Assembly (NCBI GenBank): GCA_031409335.1
Contig: JANNWY010000170.1
Location: forward strand, 96,001 to 160,000
Length of the DNA stretch: 64,000 nt
Source of the DNA: Chthoniobacteraceae bacterium
GTDB taxonomy: Bacteria; Verrucomicrobiota; Verrucomicrobiia; Chthoniobacterales; Chthoniobacteraceae
Direction: 5' to 3'
The notes beneath the pieces are model-generated. The model had not been told where the DNA came from. It saw only the letters and a program-made list of their open reading frames with translations, and ran no database searches. Made by a program: the position numbers and the translations under genes. Below are positions 27,901 to 34,097 of this stretch, one piece after another (positions within the stretch are counted from its first letter, which is position 1; every line of letters begins with the position of its first letter).

Positions 27901-29787
27901 GGCTACGGCACGCTTTCGCTGCTAAATTCCACCGGCCTCTCCGCGACGACAACCCTTCAGTTCGAGCAGGGCACGCTCGATCTCCAGCCAGGCGCTCCGT
28001 CACTTCAGCTCGGAGCGATCGCGGGCCACGGCCACGGCAGCATCGTGGCCCGAAACGACACGGCAGCGCTCCAGGTCGATTTCGCCAGCCTCGACCGCGG
28101 CCCCGATGGTTCGGCGACTTTCCGCATCCTGGCGAGCAATGCCAGCCTCGGAGCCGCCCCCGGCCCCGGCGTGGCGAATCTCCGTTTCGGCCCGGGATTC
28201 TCCGCCCATCTCGTCGGCGACGCGGGCTTCACTCCGGTCATTCCTTTCATGTCGGCCACGGTCGGTGTCGGGGACAACGGCAACAACACGCTCCTGACCT
28301 ACGATCCGATGCTCGGTGTGCGCCTGCTCACCGACGCGGAATACAGCACGACACCAGTCGCGGGATCGAACTACCGAATCCCGGATGGCTTCACGACGAT
28401 CAATGACACGATCTCGGTCAACAGCTTGTCGGGCACGGCGAATGGCGGCTTTCTCAGCGGCTCCGGCCGTGTGCAAATCACAGGCGGAGTGATCGCCTCC
28501 AATAGCGCGGTCATCCAGATACCGATCGATTTTGGCTCGCAGCCGGGCCATGTGCTAGGCCGCGCGAGGATTCACGCTCCGATCAGCGGCACGGGAGGGC
28601 TGACGCTTTCCGGCGGCGAGATCGACCTTCGCGCCGTCAACACCTTCACGGGTCCGCTCGTCATCAATAGCGGCTACATCCGGTTTACGAGCCTGTCTGC
28701 TTTTGGCCCGGACCCAAGCCCGATCACCATCTACGGTTCCACCTTCAGTCAAGAGGGTGGCGGCCCGCTGAACTTCACCCGGCCACTGCGGCTCGCTGGT
28801 GGTGTGGTCACTTTGCAAGGCTCGTCCAATTCACAAATCCAAATCGGCGCGCCGATCTCCGGGCCGGGTGGAATCAGTCTGCAATTCTCAGGCACCACGA
28901 ACCTCACCGGAGCCAACAGCTACACCGGACCGACAATCCTGCGCACCGACGTCACGATCAATGGCGGCACCGCCTTTGGTCAAACCTCCAAGATCGACCT
29001 CGAAGGGGGAACGCTCCGCTCGACCGCACCGTGGACTCTCTCTCAGCCAGTGCACATGACCGGATTTTTCACCGTAAACACCGGCACCTTCGACGGAGCG
29101 CTACTCGGTCCGCTGAGTTCCAGCAGCGCCGGTCTTCAACTGACGAAAGCAGGCGCAGCTCGCCTGCACATCTCAGACGCCTCCGCATTTACCGGGACAT
29201 TGGTTGTGACCGAGGGAATGCTCGAACTCAACGGCCCGCTCGCCGGCGGCATCACCGTCCGCGGCGGTGCCACCTTGACCGGAAGCGGAGCCGTAAAAGG
29301 CACCGTCACGGTCGCTGGTACGCTCGATCCCGGCGAAGGCATCGGCGAATTCACCGCGGGCCTTTTGCAAATACAGGACAACGCCACCCTGCGGCTTTGG
29401 CTCGATTCCGCGATCACGTTCGATCGCGTCGTTTCCCTCAACGCGCCTTCGCTCGGCCGCAATATCACGCTCGATCTGCAAACCGCGCCCGGCTTTGACC
29501 CGGCAGACTACATCGATGAATTCGTCCTCATCGAAAATGAGAGCGCTTCGCCATTGTTGTTCTCTGGCGAATCGCCGCTCGTCTATGCCGGGAACGCGCT
29601 CTCGGAAGGCGAGATTTTTTCCACGCCCGGACAACTCTGGCGCATCAGTTACGCTGGCGGCACGGGCAATGACGTGACCGTGCGCGCTGTGCCGGAGCCA
29701 AGTGCGGGTGTGTTCAGCGCGCTGGGTTTCGCCATTTTTGCGGCACGCCGCCGACGTCGAGAAAACTGGAAGGCCGCCCGGCGCTAG
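18919..29787 (+). CDS. Giant (3622 aa) PEP-CTERM surface protein with autotransporter-associated beta-strand repeats
   Basis: AAGGAG RBS and signal peptide; many GLTK.G.GTL.L...N.(F/Y)TG...IN.G repeats; C-terminus GG.GNDV, VPEPS, hydrophobic helix, RRRRR. No C-terminal beta-barrel. Confidence 0.92.
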   Translation: MSRPRVFSSPQIVHRQRRSLTAAFAAALLAGQMAVAQEEVWIRESSGSWSDPVSWLDGSAPLPGGGAALTLRFAPPGSLTDSVATNNLAGAFSLNRLVFERNAANAFSLAGAAGASLRFTGVDPRIELRGTGDNFITLPVSLNPASGSAAIVGSGPGTLTISSTIATGAGVPLVIDTGASSPNAGIVRLSSAQTFTSGVVLKSGNLLLSSDTALGTGALTVQGGALSLQGFSLSLSNHIALESDLLLRPSPEAGSATLRGLISSTMPGAGVVLRTAGGTITFTAASTYNGATTLDYSRAPQSAASDGGTLSLSGSGSALQTSAFDIRAGSTLLLTGATAANRVGDSTPIHLRGGGVAVVSSNGAGVTHTETVGPLDGAGFSPVTLTAGTSVNTRLTAQSLARTERGTFLFRGTALGNAFGNGVSNLLFTTAPSLTGGGGAGPAISILPYAIGDTSAVGSGAGFVTYTPATGIRPLNSSTEYRTTLASAAAGENVRVTVAQTLTAAQTINALLIDNGSIGGSGTLTVASGAILHRSGFGIAAPLNFGGVEANIFAVGSFAINGAIAGSNGLTKSGAGTLTLGAANSFTGPLTINAGTIAFSAANRLGADVSAIVVNGHGAGLSYTGTSALDFSRPIETRTGLARLNASGTGDLTITTPITGAGGLQISTTAGRTITLPAGSTYTGTTHLGTSRVVIPGDSALGNGSALNLAGATLALAGPWTTAREIHVGSGVLDTAGFDATWSGTFTGTGAFEKRGAGTLRLTTASNYRSPISLTGGMLALSDSGALSASFTISGGAELQLDQSGMVVPDRLGDRSGITLSGGKLSLIGNATMAISERIGNLTLGSVQDHTVSLTSPGAASTVLRLAAGITFNGGNLILRAAQLGGEAGGVHQRVQVDSPVTLGGGVIPGVYAHTAPFGLGASFVVYDASTDAAGPIGLRPLRAGEYEDGPLLQNPANGGPTPMNANFLANTATVAAGESNTVGTLTLGPGGSVALANGQTLAISSGRVLGRAGGSSFTGGTLQFGARPAEFHAVGEMTVSSTVTGSAGLRKNGPGTLVFAGSIGYTGGTQVTDGVLRPGGGDPFADETVTINAPGVLDIGAGAFSVARLEGLGTVALGGGTLTLGVPGTDFVSSNAFSGTGRIAFADSANPKLRRTFFGASTFSGEVVLDGGELIVSGIGALGPSTWIVNGGAVSGWATISPRLVLHADLPIVGSLLTLGPGSSATGAHDVLLRAQGTLDVTGPLTLEGRLGTQFAPGDFFSPTVGSIVVGGAAGSVTTAAGLRMEAGGGLVLNNTDAPSPAGGRLGDTTPVHLGGGRLTLTSNAAANVTETFGALSSAGFSSVELQPTSTSGAVLQAASLLRVERGTFSFQSLGALGAAPGPNVGQFFATAAPALTGGGGTLTNTSIIPSAVGLGTSGWGLVTYGVQGVRPLTSAEYVTSIAATAATSNVQLTTSTGNAVNRTINALVLGGVTLSGPGRVTITSGTVVAAQNSVISAPLGFGTAEAQFFLMAPGDTEVSGAISGSGGLTRSGPGALTLSSTNTFTGPITINDGVLNFSTSAHLGAGLDPITLHGSGASLTFTGAASVTVARPVRLGGGVSQFAAFQSTGLLQMTGAISGPGGLRLTGSGAIRLSGANSYTGPTFLGATTMITSDAVFGESSTIAFVASLNPILRLAGNWTTSRRFAVPTSATIDTNGFDAVFDAPPIVAASATLTKLGAGAMRLRTPQQFDGSLTVAGGELRLEQNGVLGQVSGTVAPGGVLHLDNSGTAHNDRLPDTGFLYLNGGEIRLTGNSTTAVNERIGYLSVSANTTGTITLNPGGAVGTTLTLSTLTLSTLDQNTGKIRFRGDNLGGPAGSAFTRIVFATAPYFPGGLIPDALASASSNGAGATFAIYDYASDAAGVVGIRPLLEADYVTGPEIRNPANGGTTSVNARFRVTGPTTAGGVGNDLNLLRLSGPSAITLNPGQALSVASATVIADAGAAASISGGTLILPASPAQLLTNGNLSISSRVDAPALTKTGVGTLTIGHAAAWPGIFNLNQGKVVVAGGGALRFTALKMAGGTTLDFSQLPATVGSITGTGPITLAAGGNLTVQSLATTSTVSGPGGLTIASHAFLTTPVTFSGALVITAENKHPNFTPEVILSGSGTVLNAASVRIDAGTVLNLNNSGISISRLGVVPVELNGGGLIMTGGSNVVAQSLGTLTTRGFSTLTLYPVGAQTTFNFNGISRADRGTLHVSSNASFLGTGLMNFPPSASFGLVGAGTTTRNLRIVPFATGLGNSFYGIVPVTFESGNGIRPLEPNELSIDLITGDNVQIRDGALTNHATATVNSLTAQTDLLGTGTVTVTSGLVIGSGATRIENGLSFGAAEAILSSHQSSGSLTLSGPLNGSGGLTKSGTGTIVLPAMNNIAGTLTINAGALSFSNPAQIGPGTEPVVMHSGGLQWSGAGDLVFPRAIRLLAGGFGSIGSTDPAATLHLAQPITGTGGLNLTGRVVFDTARAYTGPTQISGTLLLGSDALLGASSQVRFNGGTLALTGPWNTGREVSVLPPGFFTSTIDTAGFDAIVSGSFFGGGFLTKIGAGNLTLGDAAGFSGQLIINSGKVILGNSGYSSSNRIHDSAVIRLAGGALEIPGDPVTTREIFADLTLAGGTVSRLRLTVPGAASQFLEAGVLRRETNAFAIVEADRLGESEGVFTRFVVTPSGPTPGILIPSIIIADTTGRPTGIAIYDGTIDEAGPVGLRAARPGEYASGAIIQNPENGGSTPATAHFRASGAVHAGPFPATVQTLTLEPATALSLPPVGRLSVGPALITLAGNAPSVISGGTLAFSSTSLIVAGHDLTIYSRIGDSPFQSGTLHKFGPAILNLHGTVTNQSVSVGEGAIRLAGGDPLAGASVSITAGATLDTASRAVTVGSLAGNGIIDLGINGLLSTKFTSTFSGSTRGNGSLRIGQHGFLASLTPAGSLRHAGPIVVDSGSLVLQGTGRLDGATSVRMAGYGTLSLLNSTGLSATTTLQFEQGTLDLQPGAPSLQLGAIAGHGHGSIVARNDTAALQVDFASLDRGPDGSATFRILASNASLGAAPGPGVANLRFGPGFSAHLVGDAGFTPVIPFMSATVGVGDNGNNTLLTYDPMLGVRLLTDAEYSTTPVAGSNYRIPDGFTTINDTISVNSLSGTANGGFLSGSGRVQITGGVIASNSAVIQIPIDFGSQPGHVLGRARIHAPISGTGGLTLSGGEIDLRAVNTFTGPLVINSGYIRFTSLSAFGPDPSPITIYGSTFSQEGGGPLNFTRPLRLAGGVVTLQGSSNSQIQIGAPISGPGGISLQFSGTTNLTGANSYTGPTILRTDVTINGGTAFGQTSKIDLEGGTLRSTAPWTLSQPVHMTGFFTVNTGTFDGALLGPLSSSSAGLQLTKAGAARLHISDASAFTGTLVVTEGMLELNGPLAGGITVRGGATLTGSGAVKGTVTVAGTLDPGEGIGEFTAGLLQIQDNATLRLWLDSAITFDRVVSLNAPSLGRNITLDLQTAPGFDPADYIDEFVLIENESASPLLFSGESPLVYAGNALSEGEIFSTPGQLWRISYAGGTGNDVTVRAVPEPSAGVFSALGFAIFAARRRRRENWKAARR

Positions 29788-30518
29788 CTCGCCCCGCCGA
29801 GAAACTTTTCCCACTCCGGTGGCAGCGGTGCCTTTTCCACTTCATCCGCGATGCGCCCCTCGAACGCGGGCTCAAACTGCGTGCTCGTGCCATAGACCAT
29901 GATCGCATCCGCCGACCCCTCCACGCGCAGCGCGTGTGCGACGCCGGCGGGGATCACGATGCCCGCGTTGTTCGCGCCGCGCGTGTCGTCGCCTTCGACG
30001 ATGAAACGCATCACCCGCCGCGGCAGCCCCGCGCGTTCATCCACCAGCAACATCTCCACGTTTCCCTGCACAAAAAACATCGCGTCCCACTGCTCGCGCG
30101 CATACGGGCGCAACGCGTAGTTTTCCGGCTCCTCGATGAAGAGCCGCCGGAACCAAGCCTCCGGCGTCGTCCCCTCCGGCAGATGCGGCGGGTGAATGTG
30201 AAAACCCTTCGCCGTGGTCGCGAACATCCGCGCCGTCGCCCACTGCTTCGGCCACAGGCCGATCGCCGCCAGCGCCCCATCGTCCTGCCGCGCAAACTCT
30301 CCGAAAAAACCGCGATGCCGCTGCGGAAAAATCCGCCGCCCAAAAATTTCGACCCCCGGAATCCATGCCTCCATCAGCTTCGCGCGCCCGGCGGCGACGA
30401 GTTCGCCGACCTCGACGCCAGAGGTCGCGAGCCGTTCGGCCAGCGAGTTCGCGGTGTAATCGCGCTGCGTGAGAAGCGCGCGCGCTTCGGGTTTTAGACA
30501 TTTCCAAGGATCGGACAT
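29784..30518 (-). CDS. RmlC-like cupin (dTDP-sugar 3,5-epimerase-like)
   Basis: IPGV.......HRGFFGE, KGFHIH, LVDER, IVIPAGVAHA. Start ATG 30518. Confidence 0.7.
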   Translation of the reverse strand: MSDPWKCLKPEARALLTQRDYTANSLAERLATSGVEVGELVAAGRAKLMEAWIPGVEIFGRRIFPQRHRGFFGEFARQDDGALAAIGLWPKQWATARMFATTAKGFHIHPPHLPEGTTPEAWFRRLFIEEPENYALRPYAREQWDAMFFVQGNVEMLLVDERAGLPRRVMRFIVEGDDTRGANNAGIVIPAGVAHALRVEGSADAIMVYGTSTQFEPAFEGRIADEVEKAPLPPEWEKFLGGAS

Positions 30519-30568
30519 GGCGCGGAAAGTAGCCAGCCCACCCGGCGGGCCAAGCGGAAAGACGATCG

Positions 30569-31558
30569 CTAAACCTTCGCCGCAAGCTTGGTGATGCGCA
30601 GTTTGCCGTCGTGATGCGTCGTCGCGATCTGGACGCCATCGGGATGCACGCTCATCCCGCGCGCGGAATTCGGCAGCGGGAAAACGTGGAACGGTTTGTC
30701 TTCGCCCTCGTTCCAAAAAAGCAGCGCGCCTTTGCCGCCACCGATCGCCGCGACGAGAAAACCCTGCGCGTGATAGTGCATCGCCCAGATCCGCTCGTTT
30801 TTGTCCGCCTCCGTCAAATGCTGCCTTACCATTTTCGCCGTCTCCCAATCGAAACGCAGCGCCGTCGGCTCCTGCACATTGCCGAGCGGATTTGTGCCTT
30901 TGTGCAGGCCGCCCGCGACCAGCCACTTCGCGTCCGGGCTCAGCGCCAGCGCGCGCACCCCGCCGTAGTGGACCTGCTGCCCGCCTTCATAGACGTGCAG
31001 CGCCGCCGCGTCGAACTCCCGCACGAGCGCGCCGTCTGCGATGTTCGATTGGCGGATTTTTCCGTCGAGATCACCGGCGAGCAGCCACTGGCCGTTCGGG
31101 TGAAAAAGCAGGCTGTAGATGTCGCGCCCGGCTCCGGGAAATTCGCGCACTTTCGCGCCGTCGCTCACATTCCACAGCCGCGCGACGCGATCGTTCCCCC
31201 CGCTCGCGAGCAAGGCTCCATCAGGGCTCAGCGCCAGGCTGCGAATCCAACCATCGTGCGCTTTCACCTTCCGAATCGGCTCCGGCGCATCCGCCGCGGC
31301 GGGCCACCAGATGAGCTGATCGTCGCCCCCCGCGCTGATCAGCGTCTGGCCGTCGGCGGTGACTGCGAGGTCGAACATCCACGAGTCGTGCGCAGCGAAA
31401 GCCGTGCGTTTTCCACCCGCCAGTTCCCATCGGTAAATGGAGCGATTCTCCGCCGTGGCGAAAACGAATTTTCCCGTCGGATCGAAGCGGCACGCCATCA
31501 ACGGCGCGTCCGCCGCAAACTCACCCGCCGCGTGCGCCAGCTTGGGATCAGCGGGCAT
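30569..31558 (-). CDS. WD40-repeat protein
   Basis: Repeats AHDSW, AHDGWIRSLALSPDG..LASGGND...RLWN, DGKIR. Confidence 0.9.
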   Translation of the reverse strand: MPADPKLAHAAGEFAADAPLMACRFDPTGKFVFATAENRSIYRWELAGGKRTAFAAHDSWMFDLAVTADGQTLISAGGDDQLIWWPAAADAPEPIRKVKAHDGWIRSLALSPDGALLASGGNDRVARLWNVSDGAKVREFPGAGRDIYSLLFHPNGQWLLAGDLDGKIRQSNIADGALVREFDAAALHVYEGGQQVHYGGVRALALSPDAKWLVAGGLHKGTNPLGNVQEPTALRFDWETAKMVRQHLTEADKNERIWAMHYHAQGFLVAAIGGGKGALLFWNEGEDKPFHVFPLPNSARGMSVHPDGVQIATTHHDGKLRITKLAAKV

Positions 31559-31850
31559 AGATCGGAATCCCGACCCGCTCGATGTGCGCACGCAATGCGT
31601 CGAGATGGATACCATCGAAACGTTGCACGTCGTAGCAATACGGCAGCGGCAACTCGCCCAGCTCGGCCGCAATTCCCTCCGCCTGCAAATCATTCAAGTC
31701 GCCCCAAAGCGCGAGATCGACATCGGATCGCGGTGTGTGCGTGCCCTTCGCGCGCGAGCCGAAAATCTTGACCGCGCTGATCTCGGAGTGTCGGCGAAAC
31801 ACTGAGCGCAGCAGTTCCATTTCTGCAGGTGCAAGCGGCGCTGGATTCAT
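31548..31850 (-). CDS. Minimal nucleotidyltransferase (MNT, HI0073/MntA-like antitoxin)
   Basis: FGSRAKG.....SDVDL (GS-x10-DxD), LPY.YDV, HIERVG. Confidence 0.9.
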   Translation of the reverse strand: MNPAPLAPAEMELLRSVFRRHSEISAVKIFGSRAKGTHTPRSDVDLALWGDLNDLQAEGIAAELGELPLPYCYDVQRFDGIHLDALRAHIERVGIPIYAR

Positions 31851-32266
31851 GCGTTTTGATGGCTTGCGAAGTAGGCGTGCAACTGCTCGATCGCCGGAAG
31901 ATAGCGCTGCGCCAGCGCCTCCACCGCTTCTCCAAATACGGCGCAGTTGTAGGTGTGCGAAAGCAGGTTGCGATGATTGAGCATGTCGATCCAGACCTGC
32001 CCGTCGGCGATCACTTTTGCGGCAAATGCCTGCTTGATGACCTCGCGTGGCGTCACCGGATCAATCACCACGCCAGCGTCTTCGAGAAAATCTTTCACCG
32101 TCTTCCACGCCAGTTCGAGCGAATACTCGAACCGCTGAATGGCCCCTTCTTTTTCAAGTTGGTTTAACGCAGAAGCCCCATTCCGCATCGCCTCCCGCAG
32201 CAGAGCGAGCACTTTGTCAAAACTGTGAAATCGCTGTTTCCAGCGAATATCGGGGTCGGTCGGCAT
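31847..32266 (-). CDS. HEPN protein, HI0074 family (HepT-like toxin)
   Basis: DIRWKQRF, IQRFEY..ELAWKT.KD.L, PREVIK.AF, HEPN motif RNLLSHTY. ATGA overlap with the MNT gene; alternative start 32287. Confidence 0.9.
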   Translation of the reverse strand: MPTDPDIRWKQRFHSFDKVLALLREAMRNGASALNQLEKEGAIQRFEYSLELAWKTVKDFLEDAGVVIDPVTPREVIKQAFAAKVIADGQVWIDMLNHRNLLSHTYNCAVFGEAVEALAQRYLPAIEQLHAYFASHQNA

Positions 32267-32293
32267 CGCGCGAATCTGGCCGGTCATACGCCC

Positions 32294-33592
32294 TCACGCG
32301 AGCAATTCATCGATCGGCTCGCACGCCGGATCGGCGATCAGCATTTTCTGCCCGGCGGCCTCGAAGCTGCCCGTGCTCTTCACGTCGAGCGCGCTGAGAT
32401 ACGTGTGAAAAAGATGCCCGCCATCGACCTGCCGGTCCTTCACTTCGGTGCCCTTGTCATTGGTCGCGCCGATGACCGCGCCGGGCTGGATGCGCGCGCC
32501 GCCGAGGCAAATCGACCACGCCTTGCTCCAGTGATCGCGACCGTAAAGCTGATTGATGTTCGGCGTTCTCCCAAACTCCGAGAGCACGACGATGAGCGTG
32601 TGCTGCAACAGTCCGCGATCCGCGAGATCGGTGACGAGCGTCGCAAACGGCCCGTCGAATTCGCCGACTTGCTCGAAGTGAAAATTGAAGTTCTCGCAGT
32701 GCGTGTCGTAGTTGGAATGTGTGACGCGCACGTAGGTGATGCCCTGCTCGATCAAGCGGCGCGCGAGCAGACAGTGGCGTCCGAAATCGTGCGAGCCGTA
32801 GCGTTCCTGATCCTTCGCGTCTTCTTTCGTGATGTCGAAAATCTCGCGCTTCCGCATCAGCTCGAGCCCCTGCTCGTAGCTCTGCGTGTAGGCATCCGTC
32901 TGCGCGGTGCGGCGGCGCAGCGCAAAGCGATCGTTCACCTTCCGGCGAATGTCGTTCGCGCAAATGGAGGCGTCCTCGATCAAGCCCTGTGGCCGCTCCG
33001 AGAACTGCGGCGGCTTTCCCCCGCCGAGCACCACGCTGCCATATTTAGGCCCGAGGTAAGCCGAGTCCGCATTGCGCCCGCCACCGCCACCGGGCGAGAC
33101 GACGATGTGCCCCGGCAGCGAACTCGCGCCGCTGCGATCGAGCGCCTTCGCTACCACCGCGCCGATCACCGGATACTCCTGTGCGGGCGATTTCCGACGA
33201 CCCGTATCCATGATGTAAGCGCCCTTGCCGTGATCGTCCTCGTGCGTGTTGATGCTGCGGATGAGCGCGAGATGATGCATCACTTTCGCCGTCTTCGGCA
33301 GCAGCTCCGAAATGTGCAGGCCCGGCACGGAAGTCGGGATCGCACGGAACGGCCCGCCCGTCGTCGCACCCGGTTTCGGATCCCAGCTTTCGAGTTGGGA
33401 AAGTCCGCCCGCCATGTTGATGACGATCATCCGTTTCTGTTGCCGCGCCATTTCCGCAGCCATCGCTGGCGAAGTGAAAATGCCGAAGCCCGGCATCACC
33501 GCCGCCGCGCCCGCGCCCGCGAGCGTGGTGAAAAAGCGGCGGCGACTGAGGACGTGTTCGGCAGAGCCGCAGGAGTAGTCACAAGGTTTCAT
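32294..33592 (-). CDS. Tat-exported DUF1501 family protein
   Basis: SRRRFF, GG.SQLESWDPKP, RYG...FG..CLLARRLIE.G, YDTH, SEFGRTP.IN...GRDHW. Confidence 0.93.
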   Translation of the reverse strand: MKPCDYSCGSAEHVLSRRRFFTTLAGAGAAAVMPGFGIFTSPAMAAEMARQQKRMIVINMAGGLSQLESWDPKPGATTGGPFRAIPTSVPGLHISELLPKTAKVMHHLALIRSINTHEDDHGKGAYIMDTGRRKSPAQEYPVIGAVVAKALDRSGASSLPGHIVVSPGGGGGRNADSAYLGPKYGSVVLGGGKPPQFSERPQGLIEDASICANDIRRKVNDRFALRRRTAQTDAYTQSYEQGLELMRKREIFDITKEDAKDQERYGSHDFGRHCLLARRLIEQGITYVRVTHSNYDTHCENFNFHFEQVGEFDGPFATLVTDLADRGLLQHTLIVVLSEFGRTPNINQLYGRDHWSKAWSICLGGARIQPGAVIGATNDKGTEVKDRQVDGGHLFHTYLSALDVKSTGSFEAAGQKMLIADPACEPIDELLA

Positions 33593-33644
33593 CGAGGAGT
33601 ATGTGGTTCAGGTTTGGGGCAGTTTCATTTCGACGCACGCTGCA

Positions 33645-33771
33645 AAGTAGCGCAGGCGCCCCGCCTGCCGACAGTCCGTGCGGGCGCCTCGCCTGCATGA
33701 CTTCCTGCGCGGGCGGGGTGCGGGCGAGGCGCCCGCGCGGACTGCCAACGGGCGGGGCGCCCGCGCCACTT
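33645..33771. repeat. GTAG-type REP-like nested palindrome
   Basis: Outer arms AAGTAGCGCAGGCGCCCCGCCTG / CGGGCGGGGCGCCCGCGCCACTT; inner arms CAGTCCGTGCGGGCGCCTCGCCTGCA / TGCGGGCGAGGCGCCCGCGCGGACTG. Confidence 0.75.
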
Positions 33772-33852
33772 CCCGCTCGCGAGCTGCGCTTGGAAACGAG
33801 GAAAAAGGTCTGCGCGCCCACCTTGTTTTTGCCGTCACCCGCGCTGTCTGAA

Positions 33853-34056
33853 ATTCCGATTGGCCAAAGGCCCCAGACATACCAGCCCAAGGCAACGCCC
33901 TGGGTAACGGTTCAGAAAATGAGGACAGCCCTGAAAGGGCGGTGCAAAATTTCGCCGCGGTCTTGTTACGCCCTTTCAGGGCTGTTTCGCGTGTGCGTGG
34001 GAACCCAGGGCGTTGCCTTGGGCTTGCATGTGTTGGGCCTTTGGCCCATTCGGAAT
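33853..34056. repeat. About 200-bp multi-stem palindromic element (MITE/REP-doublet-like)
   Basis: Three nested IR pairs: ATTCCG..GGCCAAAGGCCC / GGGCCTTTGGCC..CGGAAT; AGCCCAAGGCAACGCCCTGGGT / ACCCAGGGCGTTGCCTTGGGCT; AGCCCTGAAAGGGCG / CGCCCTTTCAGGGCT. Confidence 0.85.
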
Positions 34057-34097
34057 GCAGCGCGAAGTACGATTGCGGCGCGAAGGACATGACGCGT

